From positions 1 to 32,497 of the forward strand of contig NW_021832819.1 of NCBI RefSeq assembly GCF_006345805.1: a stretch of DNA of 32,497 bases, written 5' to 3'. Origin of the DNA: Octopus sinensis. Lineage: Eukaryota. Position numbers and translations under genes: made by a program. The stretch's first letter is position 1; each line of letters starts with the position of its first letter. This document shows positions 10,938 through 21,877 of this stretch, piece after piece. The notes beneath the pieces were generated by a model. That model was given only the letters and a program-made list of their open reading frames with translations, ran no database searches and had not been told where the DNA came from.

Positions 10938-11492
10938 TTGAGTGAGAGAGCAGTTCATGCCATCAAAGTGACACTGGGGTAAAATATACGAAGCCCAATA
11001 TACCCATCATGACTACTCGTCTGATAAAGGTACACCAGGCACATGCATCACAACCATATGTGCGCGACATGGTGATCTCATATCAAGATAAACAGCACAT
11101 GACCTTGCAGGTGGGGCCCAGTTAGAATTTTCTTCAGGTTGAGTAGCCCATCCCTATCAAACGGTCCCTGAATAAGGGTTGTTTAAGGATGTTGAAAGAA
11201 CCACTCATGTTTCCAGAGGTGAACTATTCAAACCCCAAAGAATCCCTCTCAACACATGGCTATGATGCTCCCCCACTACTTCTGCTCGTGATCAGAGATG
11301 CACATATCGTCAGCCACTAAGGGACATGCTCAACTGGTTACGGTCAAACAACTGACAAGCAAATCTGTGGTATTGAGCAGAATATTTGCTGTAGCCCATC
11401 TTTTATACCAAGACAAAACAATGTACATGATAACACTTCCAATCAGTTAAGATCAGAAGCCATGAGAGCCACTGCCTGGTACTGCATCAGGG
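10938..11492. mobile_element. Unclassified ~550-bp interspersed repeat inserted in (TAA)n
   Basis: Its start (tgagtgagagagcagt...gcccaatatacccatca) recurs at 12303-12395; flanked by (ATT)n; no recognisable ORF. Confidence 0.65.
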
Positions 11493-11537
11493 CTATTATT
11501 ATATTATTATTATATTATTATTATTATTATTATTATT

Positions 11538-11990
11538 CTATGTTTGACTTTTGCTTTATGTCTGTACAAGTTGGCTCCAAGTCTCACCCAAAGACCTCAA
11601 GAGACAACAGGTTGGAAGTTCACGTTGTTGTTATGCCTAGTGTGCCATATATTTGGGGTTTTTTGGTGTTGTACTAGTGAATGTCTAATACATAAATTTA
11701 ATTTTTAAAAAAAGTGTTTTAAACCTTGGGATTACATAGAGAGTATTTTGCGTAGGATATGAGCAGTTCCCATGAGCACTATCTTTTGAATTTCTGCCAT
11801 TTTGGGGTTTCCTGGTATCTGCGTTAGGTAGCAATCAGCCCCTTTCGCTATCATTCCCAGGGCACCTATGACAACAGGTATTGTTTTAGTCTTCAGGTTC
11901 CACATTTTGCTGATTTCTATTTCGAGATCTTTATATTTGCTCAGTTTTTGGTAGGTCTTGACAGATACGTTTATATCGATTGGGACAGTC
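11538..11990 (-). mobile_element. R4/Dong-like LINE 3' fragment (subfamily 1) inside (TAA)n
   Basis: Near-identical to 24150-24603; flanked by (ATT)n. Confidence 0.88.
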
Positions 11991-12047
11991 TTTTATTATT
12001 ATTTTTTTTAATTATTATTATTATTGTTGTTGTTGTTGTTGTCGTTG

Positions 12048-12101
<54 letters not shown>

Positions 12102-12102
<1 letters not shown>

Positions 12103-12290
12103 GGTGACGAGCTGGCAGAATCGTTAGCACGTCAGACAAAATGCTTAGCGGTTTTTCACTGGCCACTATGTTCTGAGTTCAAATTACGTTGAGGTCGATT
12201 TTGCTTTCATCCTTTCGGGGTCGATAAAATAAGTACCAGTTGCGTACTGGGTTTGATGTCCCAAATTGCAGGCTTTGTGCCTACAATTAT
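12102..12290 (+). mobile_element. SINE family B
   Basis: gagctggcagaatcgttagcac...gttctgagttcaaatt...gaggtcgattttgctttcatcctttcggggtcgata, shared with 23398 and 24941. Confidence 0.8.
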
Positions 12291-12450
12291 TATTATTATT
12301 ACTGAGTGAGAGAGCAGTGCATGTCATCAAAGTCATGCTGGGGTAAAATATACGAAGCCCAATATACCCATCAGAATACCCGTGGTGGTAAGGACAAACG
12401 CATACACAAACACAACACACACACACACACACACAACACCACACACACAC

Positions 12451-12510
<60 letters not shown>

Positions 12511-12605
12511 CAACAATTGAGGGTAAAATTAATTAATTATTAATCAATTTCACCAAGTATTCAGTATGTAAAGGGACCATTTAAGGCGAATTCAAATTAT
12601 TACAT

Positions 12606-12796
12606 TATATAAAAGGGCTTAGTAAAATAAATTACTTTGCCACATACTGAACTCATTAGAAATAGTAGCTAAAAAACTTTTTTAAAACTATTTCTAATAC
12701 TTTCTTTAAGTATTAGAAATAGTTTTTAAAAAAGTTTTTTTAGCTACTATTTCTAATGAGTTCAGTATGTGGCAAAGTAATTTATTTTACTAAGCC

Positions 12797-12806
<10 letters not shown>
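12606..12806. repeat. Near-perfect ~200-bp palindrome (97/99-bp arms, 5-nt loop)
   Basis: tatataaaagggcttagtaaaa...ctaatactt|tcttt|aagtattag...ttttactaagcccttttatata; the arms differ only by two 1-nt homopolymer lengths. Confidence 0.95.
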
Positions 12807-12866
<60 letters not shown>

Positions 12867-12900
12867 TATATAATATATTATATATATATATATACATATA

Positions 12901-12983
12901 CGATAGGCTTCTTTCAGTTTCCGTTTACCAATCCACCCACCATCTGGTTGGGAGGCAAGCTTCTTTACACACAACCACGCCTT
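12901..12983 (-). mobile_element. SINE family A, deleted copy
   Basis: ggcttctttcagtttccgtttacc...caagcttc. Confidence 0.7.
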
Positions 12984-13012
12984 CTGTGTGTGTGTGTGTA
13001 CTGAAGGAATAT

Positions 13013-13342
13013 GACTCAGTGACTGGAGCGTCGGGCTTACAATCGTGAGGCTGTAATTTCGATTCCCAGACAAGGCAGTGCATTACGTTCTTGCGCAAGA
13101 CTCTTTATTTTACGTCGCTCCAGTTTGCCCAGCTGTAGAAACGAGTTGCGGCGTCACTGGCGCCGAGCTATATCGGCCTTTTCCTTTCCCCTGGATAACA
13201 TCGGTGGTGAAGAGAGGGGAGACTGGTATGCATGGGTGACTGATGGCCTTCCACAAAACAACCTTGCCCGGGTAGTGCTTCGGAGGGGAATTTTCTAAGG
13301 GTAATGCTATGGTCATTCATGACCGACGGGAGTTTTTACCCT
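13013..13342 (+). mobile_element. tRNA-headed SINE with CORE-like domain (family C-related)
   Basis: B-box-like tttcgattcc, then gttcttgcgcaagactctttattttacgtcgctccagtttgcccagctg. Confidence 0.65.
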
Positions 13343-13344
13343 TT

Positions 13345-13686
<342 letters not shown>

Positions 13687-13689
13687 TGC

Positions 13690-13906
13690 ACGATTGAAGT
13701 GCTACAATGTTCCTGGCTTTGGGTAAAAAAAAATTCAGGTGGATCAGTAAATTATTATTTTATTCAACATGTTTCCTCTCAGATTGACCCACTTTTTGCA
13801 GAGACCCTTCATTTTTTCTAAACCCTGTAAAAGGGCTCGGAAAGTTGGGCCACCGACCAGTCCCATCGCGACGTTCTTAAAGCCAGGAACTTTCTAGCAC
13901 ACACGA
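13690..13906 (-). mobile_element. Mariner-derived MITE
   Basis: TIRs tgctacaatgttcctggcttt / aaagccaggaactttctagca; interior homologous (inverted) to 31180-31388. Confidence 0.75.
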
Positions 13907-14374
13907 TTTACGCACGAGACATCAATCGGTTCGGGACTATGACACAAGACAACTGACCACGCTGCCGCACTGTAGGACCGAACCTGAAACTACATGGCTG
14001 TAAAGCGAGCTTCTTAACCCCACAGCTATGTCTTTACCGAAACCATTTTTGTTGTTATTGTTGTTGTACAAAAGCGAATTCCTGTATAGAGGCAAAGTGT
14101 GATTCGATAAACCCCTCCACTTGGAGAGGGGCCTCTGGAATGTACAGTGCCCAGATATGGAAATCGGTAGAGTAAAAACCATAAATAAAGAATATAGTCT
14201 TTGTTCATTTCCAAGAAAAAAACTTAGAAATCATGTTAACATGAAATACGAGTATTGTTTATAGGGAGCAGGATGTTGTTAATTGGTTGCCTCTCCCATC
14301 CTCTATGCATCTTTATGCGCGTGCGCAGTCAAATGAGTGAAACAAGTAAAAGAGCAAAGGAATAAAAGAATTTA

Positions 14375-14496
14375 GGAGTGGCTGTGTGGTAAGTAGCTTG
14401 CTTACGAACCACATGGTTCCGGGTTCAGTCCTACTGCGTGGCGCCGTGGGCAAGTGTCTCCTACTATAGCCTCGGGTTGACCAAAGTCTTGTGAGT
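14375..14496 (+). mobile_element. SINE family A
   Basis: aggagtggctgtgtggtaagtagcttgc... Confidence 0.85.
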
Positions 14497-14544
14497 GATG
14501 TTTATAGTCCCAGGAAGACATCTCCTCCAGCTGGCTAACGACGC

Positions 14545-14700
14545 ACATAGTACTCGAATACCAAAAGTAGAGTAATATGCTTTTATTAAAGCTGCAAAAT
14601 TACCACAAAAACTGATACTCAGAGTTTCATGTTCCCGTTCGTCGGACAGTTATTATGATGGTGTATGTCATATAGTGATGTAGTAAAAATACACGAAGAA
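14545..14700 (-). mobile_element. Solo PLE terminal-repeat fragment with degenerate hammerhead
   Basis: Homologous to 27310-27420 (aaagcatattactctac...ggtatt.gagtact); core reads CCGACGA-ACGGGAACAT-GAAA-CTCTGAG-TA. Confidence 0.7.
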
Positions 14701-14842
14701 GCGTCTAAATTTGATTGATTGGTTGATTTTCAAAACATAACAGTTGGGTGTTTAGGGTGGAGGTGGGGTTGAAAATTACCAGTAAGGTGAATATGAATGT
14801 AAGTATTATTATGAGATCGATAAAAACTTTGTTTAAAGCAAA

Positions 14843-14935
14843 GACCGTAGTAGAAGATTCTTGCTCAAGGTACCTCGCATTGCGACTGAACCCGGAACCA
14901 TGTGGCAAGGAAGCGAGTTTCTCACCACATTATCA
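14843..14935 (-). mobile_element. SINE family A head fragment
   Basis: gactgaacccggaaccatgtgg. Confidence 0.7.
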
Positions 14936-14939
14936 CAAT

Positions 14940-15318
14940 ATATGTATGCGTGTGTGTATGCGTGTGTATGCATGCGTGTGTGTATGTGTATACATGTGTG
15001 TATACATGTGTGTGCATGTGTGTGTATGCGCGTGTATGTGTATACATGTGTGTGTATAGATGCGTGTGTGTGTATAGATGCGTGTGTGTGTATAGATGCG
15101 TGTGTGTGTATAGATGCGTGTGTGTGTGTGTATGTGTGCGTATACATGTGTGTTTATGCATGTGTATGTGTATGTGTGCGTACACATGTGTGTCTATACA
15201 TGTGGGTGTATGTGTTTATGCATGCGTGTGTGTCTGTGCGCGCCTGTGTGTGTATGTGTGTGTATGTGTGTGTATACATATGTGTGTATGCGTGTGTGTG
15301 CATACATGTGTGTGTGAG
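14940..15318. repeat. Degenerate (TG/TA)n tract with an 18-bp unit repeated about 4 times
   Basis: gtgtgtgtatagatgcgt repeats at about 15050-15120. Confidence 0.9.
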
Positions 15319-15609
15319 TTTTAATTACACGTAAAGGTAGACAAGAAGAAAGTAAAATAAATTCTAAGAAGGAGGACAAAAGAGGAAAGTAGAAAAACGG
15401 GTTTAGTAAAATAGCTTTAAAGAAAACTGCACCGTTTTAATGCTGCATATTTAAAGAACAACAGAATGAGGGAATAAGAGTTGATGATTACGTGACTAAG
15501 GAGAATCATCTACGTTCTATATTTCGTTTGTCGCTACGCTCAGTCGTTAAGTTTAATGATATTAGGAGTGGTCCCTTCCAGTTCTCATTTCCTAACGTAA
15601 AAACCTTTT

Positions 15610-15975
15610 TACAGTTCAGCATCGTTCAACGCTTCCGACAAAAGAACTGTGTACGTGCACTCATCAGCGCGCAGCGTTCCACCTCATAGCTGTCCCTCGC
15701 ATGCGTTGGTACGGACATGTGCTCCGTCTCCCACCAGATCATCCTATCAGGGCTTTATTCTCATTCGACGTAGCAGCTGAAGACTGGAAGAGGCCGCGTA
15801 GCAGGCCCTGCTCCAGGCGGCTCGATGTGATTTAGGAAAATCTCCAGAAGCTCGACGTCACTTTGGAGGGCGCGGAGACCACCAACGATGTAGAGCAATG
15901 GTAGACCTGGTCGGTTCTGCGCATGATGATGTGCCTGGGACCACTAATCTGGGATGGCCCCAGCCCCATAAACCA
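15610..15975 (+). mobile_element. RTE-clade LINE 3' fragment
   Basis: Translation RMRWYGHVLRLPPDHPIRALFSFD...WKRPRSRP.SRRLDVI*ENL matches the RTE ORF C-terminal RWxGHVxR / RxRGRP motifs. Confidence 0.82.
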
Positions 15976-16159
15976 AGAGCATGAAGCAAGCAAGAAAGCA
16001 TCGTTCACACAAATCCGGCCACATTGGCGAAACCATTTGAGTGTCGTTCAAAATGGTTTGCAGTACTAATATCGTTAGGTTCTGATTTCAATCCCTGCCC
16101 GATGCCAACTTTGCCTTTCATCCTTCCGTTCCGTAGGCAATAAAATAAAAAGCTGGCAC

Positions 16160-16368
16160 TTCAGTGATGGTCGACAAGTCATACTGAAAAAAACAAGTGT
16201 GAGAATTAAAATAGTTAAAAAAAGGAAATTTGGTTTACGGTTTGTCAGATCTTCTTTAAACAGTCGCTAAGAAGATCTGATAAACCATAAACCAAATTTC
16301 CTTTTTTTTACTATTTTAATTCTCCCACTTGTTTTTGTTTTCAGTATGACTTGTCGACTACCACTGAA
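16160..16368. repeat. ~210-bp imperfect palindrome (fold-back or MITE-like)
   Basis: Arms ttcagtgatggtcgacaagtcatactgaaaa...cagatcttctt / aagaagatctg...ttttcagtatgacttgtcgactaccactgaa; 11-12 nt loop. Confidence 0.9.
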
Positions 16369-16448
16369 ATTGATGAACCTTGTACATTCTAACAAATGAA
16401 TATACAGTTTTAATTTCAAACTTACACCTTCTGATTTGAACATGATAA

Positions 16449-16540
16449 TTTATCAACATTGAAACATTTTGATTTATCAACATTGAAACATTTTAGTTTG
16501 TCAACATAGAAACATTTTGATTTGTCAACATTGAAACTTA
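16449..16540. repeat. 24-bp minisatellite, about 4 units
   Basis: atttatcaacattgaaacattttg units with no unique spacers. Confidence 0.85.
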
Positions 16541-16725
16541 TAACGATGTTTTTCTAGTTTTACACTTTTACCATTGATAAACAAAAAATATTGTTGAAAC
16601 TACTTTGGTATATATGTAAATAAATGTATTTTAAACATTCACAAGCTTTTGAAATTTAAGTGCATTTTCAACAACACATTTTCCTATATTTTTTTCCTGC
16701 GTGAAAAACACCACTCCCTCTTTTG

Positions 16726-16767
<42 letters not shown>

Positions 16768-16889
16768 ATATGTATGTATATATGTATGTATGCCTGTATA
16801 TATGTGAGATAATAGTTTCCCTTTAATAGTTTCAGTATTAAAGTGAAACTATTAAAGTGAAAGCATCTGACATTACACTTGAGAGATGT

Positions 16890-17103
16890 TATTGTTTCAC
16901 TTTTAACACGTAATACTGAAATAGTGGAGAAGATATGATATTGTTCAGGGCTTGCACTAGGCAAGAAGTTAAAAATTTGGGGGGGCTACATGGACCCTAA
17001 GGCATGTGTAAAATTTGAATGAAATTGGTTGTGGAGTTCTCAAGTTTCAGGGATTCACACAAACACACAGACAGACACACAAATACACATTCTCATCTTC
17101 ATA

Positions 17104-17148
<45 letters not shown>

Positions 17149-17155
17149 TATATAT

Positions 17156-17190
<35 letters not shown>
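16890..17190 (-). mobile_element. Possible Helitron-like non-autonomous element (partial)
   Basis: aaaatttgaatgaaattggttg...cacacagacagacacac...atatat...gagaga|t, architecture like 30373-30747. Confidence 0.4.
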
Positions 17191-17191
<1 letters not shown>

Positions 17192-17304
17192 GTGAGTAAC
17201 AAAGAGGTACAGGTACACACTCTTTGCTACTCCTATTTTATTCACCTGTCATGGAATCAACGCTTCGTAAATATTATAGATAGTATTTTGAACATAAAAA
17301 AGAC

Positions 17305-17621
17305 TCCGCCGGTTACGACGACGAGGGTCCCAGCTGATACGATCAACGGAACAGCTTGCTCGTGGAATTAACGTGCAAATGGCTGAGCATTCCACAGACA
17401 CGTGTACCCTTAACGTAGTTCTCGGGGATAATCAGCGTGACACAGAGAGTGACAAGGCTGACCCTTTGAAATACAAGTACAACTCATTTTTGCCAGCTGA
17501 GTGGACTGGAGCAACGTGAAATAAAGTGTCTTGCTCAAGGACACAACGCGTCGCCGGGAATCGAACTCACAACCTTACGATCATGAGCCGAATGCCCTAA
17601 CCACTAAGCCACGCGCCCTCA
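17305..17621 (-). mobile_element. tRNA-headed SINE family C with CORE-like domain
   Basis: Minus strand: A box tggcttagtgg, B box gagttcgattcc, then gtgtccttgagcaagacactttatttcacgttgctccagtccactcagctg. Confidence 0.85.
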
Positions 17622-17828
17622 CTTTGAACATAAAGTACATGTCTGAATAGCTAAGAGCGGATTTCTTCATTCGGCTGCGTCTCATTATCTACAGACACTG
17701 CAAGAATATCATGTGACCGGCACTTATGCGCCAAGTCTGATATTCACTGAATATTGTTAAGTATGCATGTTACTCAGATCTAATAAGGTCCCTCAATTTA
17801 AGTACCTAAGTCAACTGAATCTTTATTG

Positions 17829-17885
<57 letters not shown>

Positions 17886-17944
17886 ATATACGTAGTGGTT
17901 CGGCAAAGAGAACGATAGAATAAGTACTAGGCTTACAAAGAATA

Positions 17945-17996
17945 ACAAATTTACAATTATTTAAGGTGTGTATACATTTTTTTGGGACACCCTGTA
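17945..17996. mobile_element. Tc1/mariner-type TIR remnant
   Basis: tttttgggacaccctg|TA, the reverse of TA|CAGGGTGTCCCAAAAA. Confidence 0.5.
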
Positions 17997-18213
17997 TATA
18001 TATATATGTGTGTGTGTGTATGTACTAAAAGTAGATAAATGGTACAACAAGGCACCGATATTTACTGGAAAATAGCAATCGATATAAATACGACGCTATT
18101 GTATAGCTTCACTGCGTATATACTAGTAAAGACGCGTGTGTTCAACAAACATGAAAAAACTTTGTCTTACCTCTAGGAAGAACATTCGATAAATGGACAA
18201 CCTAGAATCGGAT

Positions 18214-18286
18214 AATGCAGGACCGGTTTCTTACTCTTCAAATACATTTGACAACCTAAATTTTATCAGACTTCATCAGCTGCATT
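18214..18286 (-). ncRNA. Type I hammerhead ribozyme (intact core, weak stem II)
   Basis: Minus strand: AATGCAG CTGATGA [42 nt] GAAA CCGG TC^CTGCATT. 7-bp stem I, palindromic stem III ACCGGT, GUC triplet. Confidence 0.75.
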
Positions 18287-18399
18287 TACCTAGACAAAAT
18301 TTCAAATGTTGCCACATCTATGCCAGTACACTCGTCTGAACGCCAAAGCGTTAATAGAACGAGAACATATACATACATACAACATACATACATACAACA

Positions 18400-18435
<36 letters not shown>

Positions 18436-18443
18436 TATATAAA

Positions 18444-18481
<38 letters not shown>

Positions 18482-18484
18482 TTA

Positions 18485-18674
18485 ATCTTTTACTCGTTTC
18501 AGTCATTTGATTGTGGCCATGCTGGAGTACCACCTTTAGTTAACGAATCAAGCCCAGGACTTATTCTTTGTAAGCCTAGTACTTATTCTATCACCCTCTT
18601 TTGCCGAACCGCTAGATTACGGGGACGTAAACACACCAACATCGGTTGTCGGGTGATGGTGGCGCACAAACACA

Positions 18675-18731
<57 letters not shown>

Positions 18732-18894
18732 TACGGGTTTCTTTCAATGTCCGTCTACCAAATCTACCCACAAGGCTTTGGTCGACTCGTGACCGTAGTG
18801 AAAGACACTTGCCTAAGGTGCAACGCAGTGGGACTGAACCTGGTATCATGTGGTTGGGAAGCAAGCTACTTACCACACAACCACACCTGCGCCT
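18485..18894 (-). mobile_element. SINE family A, full length with internal (TA)n
   Basis: Reverse complement of the 22490-22905 architecture. Confidence 0.88.
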
Positions 18895-19359
18895 ATATAT
18901 ATATGTGTATGTGTGTGTGTGTGTGTGCGTGTGTGTGTGTGTGTGTATTTGTGTGCGTGCGCGTGTTTAGAATAACTTCAAACGTTTTTATTAATAAATA
19001 TCTTCAAGAATTTTGTGTTCACAGATTAGCCATCAAGACGTGTGGTCAATGAATTGCTGTTGAACGGTATCTAGCTGTGTCTAACACTCAGGGCTGCAAT
19101 GGTGAAGCTGATTGTGTTTCGTTAAGTGTGTATAAGCGTTCCCCACACCACCATACCTTTTCTTTTCCAGTCTTCATAATCTTGCTACAAACGCGTCACT
19201 TTGCTTTCTTCAATAGTGACTGACGAAACGCAAGCTCCAACCGGAAAGCAAAAATAGGAAATTCTATGAGCAGCTTTTCCATGAAGAATAGTCTGAAGAT
19301 CATGAACTTAAGGATTAACATCCCTAATATCAAGGTATAAAAAGTAATAAAATAAACAT

Positions 19360-19570
19360 TATTTACATTTGACGGATATTTGTCTTCATCTTATTTGTTG
19401 TTAACACAACGTTTCGGCTGATATATCCTCCAGCCTTCATGTCTTGGAGAAATTTCGAACCTGGGTTCTCATTCCTAAGGTATTTTTCGATGTTATTATT
19501 ATTATTATTCAGGTCACTGCCTGGAATCGAACTCAGAATCTTAACCACTACGCCACATATCCGTCAAATG
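19360..19570 (-). mobile_element. Short element with tRNA-like A/B boxes, hammerhead remnant and 14-bp inverted ends
   Basis: Inverted repeats catttgacggatat (19366-79) / atatccgtcaaatg (19557-70). Minus strand: tggcgtagtgg, gagttcgattcc, then TGAA-GGCTG..CAGCC-GAAACGTT-GTGTT. Confidence 0.6.
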
Positions 19571-19954
19571 GAAGCACTCCGTCGGTTACAACGACGAGGG
19601 TTCCGGTTGATCCGAATCAACGGAACAGCCTGCTCGTGAAATTAACGTGTAAGTGGCTGAGCACTCCACAGACACGCGTACCCTTAACGTAGTTCTCGGG
19701 GATATTCAGCGTGACACAGAGAGTGACAAGGCCGGCCCTTTGAAATACAGGTACAACAGAAACAGGAAGTAAGAGTGAGAGAAAGTTGTGGTGAAAGAGT
19801 ACAGCAGGGATCACCACCATCCCCTGCCGGAGCCTCGTGGAGCTTTAGGTGTTTTCGCTCAATAAACACTCACAACGCCCGGTCTGGGAATCGAAACCGC
19901 AATCCTATGACCGCGAGTCCGCTGCCCTAACCACTGAGCCATTGCGCCTCCACC
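19571..19954 (-). mobile_element. tRNA(Arg)-like-headed SINE family C with 11-bp target-site duplication
   Basis: TSD atccgtcaaat at 19559-69 and 19955-65; body shared with 17305-17480; head ggctcagtggttagggcagcggactcgcgg. Confidence 0.88.
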
Positions 19955-20827
19955 ATCCGTCAAATATAAATAACGTAAATAGTGTACACAAATCCTCATC
20001 TCTTAAATATAGAACTGTATTAATAAAATAAAGTAAAAAAAACATATCAAAGCTATTTGCCGACTTGTAAGATGTCCTCTCATGTAAGACACATTTCTAT
20101 TTTTACCAATTTTGTTTTCATTCCATCATAGTCCTATTGAAACATATTTTAAAGTGCTTTCGCTATGGAAACTGTTCTCATGCTGTGCACGTAAATACGA
20201 TATTATGAGATTATCCTGGAATAAAATATGAGACCATACCTTTATAACAAATAAGCTAAATTATGGGAGTATCGGAGGTCAACTTTATCTTCTTTCAGAC
20301 CAGTTGTGTTGTTGTTTATCTTTTGATTAAATGAATTGCTATACAGGATGTAAAACCCGTATTTCTGGCTGCGACATTTTGTGTAACAGCGATTGGCCGT
20401 TAGCGTGGATGATCGCTTAACATTCCTTTAATTTTGCAATAGTTTCATTGAGATAATACACAAATGGCCTTTTAAAGGTAACTCAGTCATTACATAATGT
20501 AATACGTGTGTCAGAATGTGGGTTATGTATGCTAGGGAGAGATATAATGAGATAATGTGACCCCTCCATGTAAGTGTCGACGTACTGTAGGTAATTTTTC
20601 ATAAATTTGTGCTAAAAGACTACGAAGTGATAAACTATAGATTTGCTTTAGAAAATCTATAGTTTATCACCTAAAAATGAGAATATCGCACTGCTAACAC
20701 AAAAAGAAAGACTCAATATTGACTTGTAAACCTTTAATATACTCGGTAGTTTATTACGGTGGCAAAACGAAATCGTGTCTCCTTACTAGTAATTAATATT
20801 GGTTTCAATATCAGGGAAGGGCGAAGT

Positions 20828-21175
20828 CGATTACATCGACCCACTGCCCAACTGGTACTTATTTAATCGACCCCTAAGGGATGAACGGTAAAGGTGACCT
20901 CGGTGGAATTTGAACTCAGAATGTAAAAAAAAGTGTTTTTCCCGACGTGCTACCGGTTCTGCCAGCTCGGGGCACAAGGCCAGCAGTTTTAAGGGAGGGA
21001 CGAAATCGATTACATTGACCCCTGTGCTCAACGGCTATTTATTTAGTCGACCCCGAAAAAAAAAATGAAAGGCAAAGTCAACCTCGGCGAAATTTGATCT
21101 CAGAACGTAAAGACGGCTGAAATTCCGCTAAGCATCTTCTCCGGCGTGCTAACCACTCTGCCAGCTCGCCACCTT
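20828..21175 (-). mobile_element. SINE family B, two adjoining pieces
   Basis: tcgacccc...aaaggcaaagtcaacctcggcg...gctaaccactctgccagctcgcc. Confidence 0.78.
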
Positions 21176-21177
21176 AT

Positions 21178-21452
21178 GTTAGTTAGTTAGTTAGTTAATT
21201 TGGCTCAAAAGCAAATAGCAAGGCCATGTAGGGGGACATGGAGTTAAGTACAGGGTGGTGTTCATGTAAAGAGTTCAGGCCATTTGAGGTCAAGGGAGAC
21301 TTTGAACAAAGCGGTCGTCGGCATCTTCACCATCTCGTCTGGCAGCTTGTTCCACGGATCCGCAACCCGGACGGAGAAAGCTCCTCTCCTTCGATTGAAA
21401 TCGTCGAAATCATCGCAGGTAGAGCTTTTCGGAATGACCCCGCAGCCGACGC
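21178..21452 (-). mobile_element. CR1 LINE 3' end (same family as 6511-7290)
   Basis: Near-identical 3' UTR and (CTAA)n tail. Confidence 0.88.
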
Positions 21453-21549
21453 TCTGCTTCTAATATCATCAGAAGACAAAAGCCTCTTGTGTTTCTCTAT
21501 TAAAGCCGAGTTACCTAAGAATATCCAATAATAATCAGAAATTGATCGG

Positions 21550-21662
21550 TTATTAAGGTATTTTCGCTCAATAAACACTCACAACGCTTGGTCTGGGAAT
21601 CGAAACCGCGATCCAAGGACCGCGAGTCCGCTGCCCTAACCACTGGGCCATTGCGCCTCCAC
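21550..21662 (-). mobile_element. SINE family C head
   Basis: Same tRNA-like head as 19850-19954. Confidence 0.8.
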
Positions 21663-21877
21663 GATTAAATAGTCTGAGCATATTTACATATGGATTTTAA
21701 TTGCTTTTCCATTTTAGTATCGACGTTTAAGTGGGTCTTTCTTTTCTTTTTTTTTATGTATTTCTTATGCTTTTAAAAACGTTCGCCGAGACCGACGTAA
21801 AGTCGGATAAATCGACTGAAGTCGAGGCTTTTTTTTCTCCATTAATTTCTTTTAAAAAAAACACAAAAAACACATAT

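Noticed and set aside
15620-15670. Minus-strand CTGATGA inside the RTE fragment
   Set aside because: GAAG instead of GAAA and no stems; lies in LINE coding sequence.
16449-16540. Regular 24-bp repeats as a possible CRISPR array
   Set aside because: Head-to-tail units without spacers, in a eukaryotic context; it is a minisatellite.
17540-17621. tRNA-like sequences here and at 19850-19954 and 21550-21662
   Set aside because: They continue into SINE bodies and lack a complete cloverleaf or acceptor stem; they are SINE heads, not tRNA genes.
18160-18310. Minus-strand splice donor GAG|GTAAGA with candidate exon
   Set aside because: All longer frames have stops; the region is better explained by the hammerhead motif.
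21425-21475. Minus-strand CTGATGA...GAAA at the CR1 5' junction
   Set aside because: No stem I, II or NUH; chance juxtaposition.
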